From an uncultured archaeon (GTDB taxonomy: Archaea; Aenigmatarchaeota; Aenigmatarchaeia; CAYQNF01): DNA of 33,477 nucleotides. The position numbers and the translations under genes are program-made. Under the pieces are notes generated by a model, which made no database searches, was not told the origin of the DNA, and saw only the letters and a list, made by a program, of their open reading frames with translations. The first letter of the stretch is position 1, and each line of letters begins with the position of its first letter. The stretch is taken from contig CAYQNF010000004.1 in assembly GCA_964418905.1 (NCBI GenBank), positions 1-33,477 on the forward strand, written 5' to 3'. Below, in pieces: positions 32,241 through 33,477 of the stretch.

Positions 32241-32852
32241 TGCGTATTTTTCATAGTTTTGAAGCAAGGCAAGTGTGTAAACATCAGCCGCCTTTCTTAC
32301 ACTAGTTTGGTTATTACCGTCTATGAATATGACATTATCAACCATGGCAACTCTTGTTCTGTTATTAGGCGAAAATCTGACTAGTATCCTAATACCTGTC
32401 AAATTCTCATAATTATCTGGTTCTCCGTTTAGATATGTAACTACTCCATTTTCTAAATTTCTTCTGTATGTATTATCATAACCGAGCCATTGATAGACCT
32501 TGCTAGTTCTAAAGGCTACATCAAAAGCCGCAGTAGATAAAGCTCCACATTCTTGATTTTCTACATCACAATTCTTAGGTATTCCTATAGTAACAAAGTC
32601 TGGACTGTCTAATGAAGCGTTGACTACAGTTTTAACATCGGGATGTATAGGTACATCCACTATCTCCTCTAAAGGGGCTGAAAACACAAATTCAGTATCT
32701 CTTACGACCAATTTATGACTATCTGGTGTGTTTTCTCCTTCCGGATTGGCCCAAGGACTAGTCTCAATCATTAGATAAATTCCAAGAATTAGTGAAACTA
32801 CTAATGCAAAAATTATTAGGATGTTCTTGTTTTCCATTTGATCACTTATCAT
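32223..32852 (-). CDS. Hypothetical N-terminally anchored extracellular protein
   Basis: 209 aa with a single N-terminal TM (ILIIFALVVSLILGIYLMI). It lies directly downstream of the S-layer gene on the same strand. Confidence 0.5.
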   Translation of the reverse strand: MISDQMENKNILIIFALVVSLILGIYLMIETSPWANPEGENTPDSHKLVVRDTEFVFSAPLEEIVDVPIHPDVKTVVNASLDSPDFVTIGIPKNCDVENQECGALSTAAFDVAFRTSKVYQWLGYDNTYRRNLENGVVTYLNGEPDNYENLTGIRILVRFSPNNRTRVAMVDNVIFIDGNNQTSVRKAADVYTLALLQNYEKYALRKII

Positions 32853-32898
32853 GATTATATAACAATAGTTATAAATTTTCCCTAGCTACCGCTAGATA

Positions 32899-32936
32899 CT
32901 AAAAAAATAAGAAAAAGTTGGGGGATTATTCCCCCG
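32899..32936 (-). terminator. Hairpin plus T-tract terminator candidate after the S-layer gene
   Basis: On the minus strand GGGGGAATAATCCCCC (stem 32920-32924/32931-32935) is followed by AACTTTTTCTTATTTTTTT. It lies 28 nt downstream of the S-layer stop. Confidence 0.55.
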
Positions 32937-32963
32937 ATTAATTAAGGTTTTTTACATCAGACT

Positions 32964-33477
32964 TTACTCAAATGCAACAGTTCCTACTGTAGCTCCAGTG
33001 AATGTTACCTGGTTGCCAGTTAGCTCATCTTCGTAAGCTCCGAAGTTTTGCAATACTTGCGTTGCTACTGTAGTTTCTTGTCTTCTTGAACCTGCTACAA
33101 CCAATGCTGCTTCACCGTCGCTGAAAGCGTCGTCAACCAGACTGATTACACCAAAGTTCTCAGACATTCCTGTCCATCCTGAACATGTTAGGTCAGTTCC
33201 ATCTTTTTGAAGCTGTCCTTGTTCAGCAAGTTCTTGTACTAGGGAGTTTGCACAAGGCCCTCCAACTAGTATTAAGTTCTTGCTTGATCTGTCCGCGGAT
33301 GTTACATCTGTATCCAATTTAGCGATTGGAGATGTTATTGGATCTACGATCCTATTGTCTCCAGTTGTTGACAGATCGCCTGCAGATACTCTGAATGTTC
33401 CTTCTACTTGATCCGAAGGTACATTCAGTACAACTTTTCCATCTTCACCATTGGATTCAGGATTTTCGATAACCCAT
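32964..33477 (-). CDS. S-layer protein, C-terminal part (5' end outside the window)
   Basis: The frame is open from 33477 to the stop at 32964; the track's TTG at 33317 is internal. NLILVGGPCANSLVQEL...ALVVAGSRRQET resembles the C-terminal domain of Methanococcales-type S-layer proteins. Codon usage is more GC-rich, consistent with high expression. Confidence 0.7.
   Translation of the reverse strand, partial: WVIENPESNGEDGKVVLNVPSDQVEGTFRVSAGDLSTTGDNRIVDPITSPIAKLDTDVTSADRSSKNLILVGGPCANSLVQELAEQGQLQKDGTDLTCSGWTGMSENFGVISLVDDAFSDGEAALVVAGSRRQETTVATQVLQNFGAYEDELTGNQVTFTGATVGTVAFE

Overview
AT-rich, very gene-dense archaeal chromosome segment with about 50 genes in 33.5 kb. Nearly every convergent gene pair abuts or overlaps. 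The archaeal assignment rests on the rpS27e-aIF2alpha-Nop10 cluster, diphthine synthase, Hel308, TrmI and Trm5-type enzymes, short XPF, an A24 prepilin peptidase, an archaeosortase-like protein, an S-layer protein, two intron-containing tRNAs with encoded CCA, TATA boxes about 25 nt upstream of start codons, and GGTGA Shine-Dalgarno motifs. The compaction, shortened proteins and many orphan genes suggest a small-genome (DPANN-like) archaeon, but this is inference. Most of the window is housekeeping: translation and RNA modification, IMP dehydrogenase plus Ham1, SMC-ScpA-ScpB, NFACT/RqcH, Tmk and YchF. I saw no rRNA, CRISPR array, transposase or integrase. The only selfish elements are a free-standing LAGLIDADG endonuclease gene and a RelE-type toxin-antitoxin pair. 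The best candidate for something new is a co-oriented cluster at 28.0-30.7 kb. It encodes an HhH DNA-binding protein with about ten perfect 11-residue (hendecad) repeats, a wHTH protein, two ESCRT-III/PspA-superfamily-like proteins and a 61-aa protein, with no Vps4/CdvC nearby. Other notable points are listed below.
- An initiator tRNA carries a D-loop intron, and its first two nucleotides are the last two of the LAGLIDADG stop codon.
- The trmI N-terminal domain has no usable start codon in frame, behind a perfectly symmetric divergent leaderless promoter.
- The SMC has half-length arms.
- A 534-aa coiled-coil protein sits between the pilin peptidase and the archaeosortase.
All family assignments come from motif recognition by eye. 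No searches were run.
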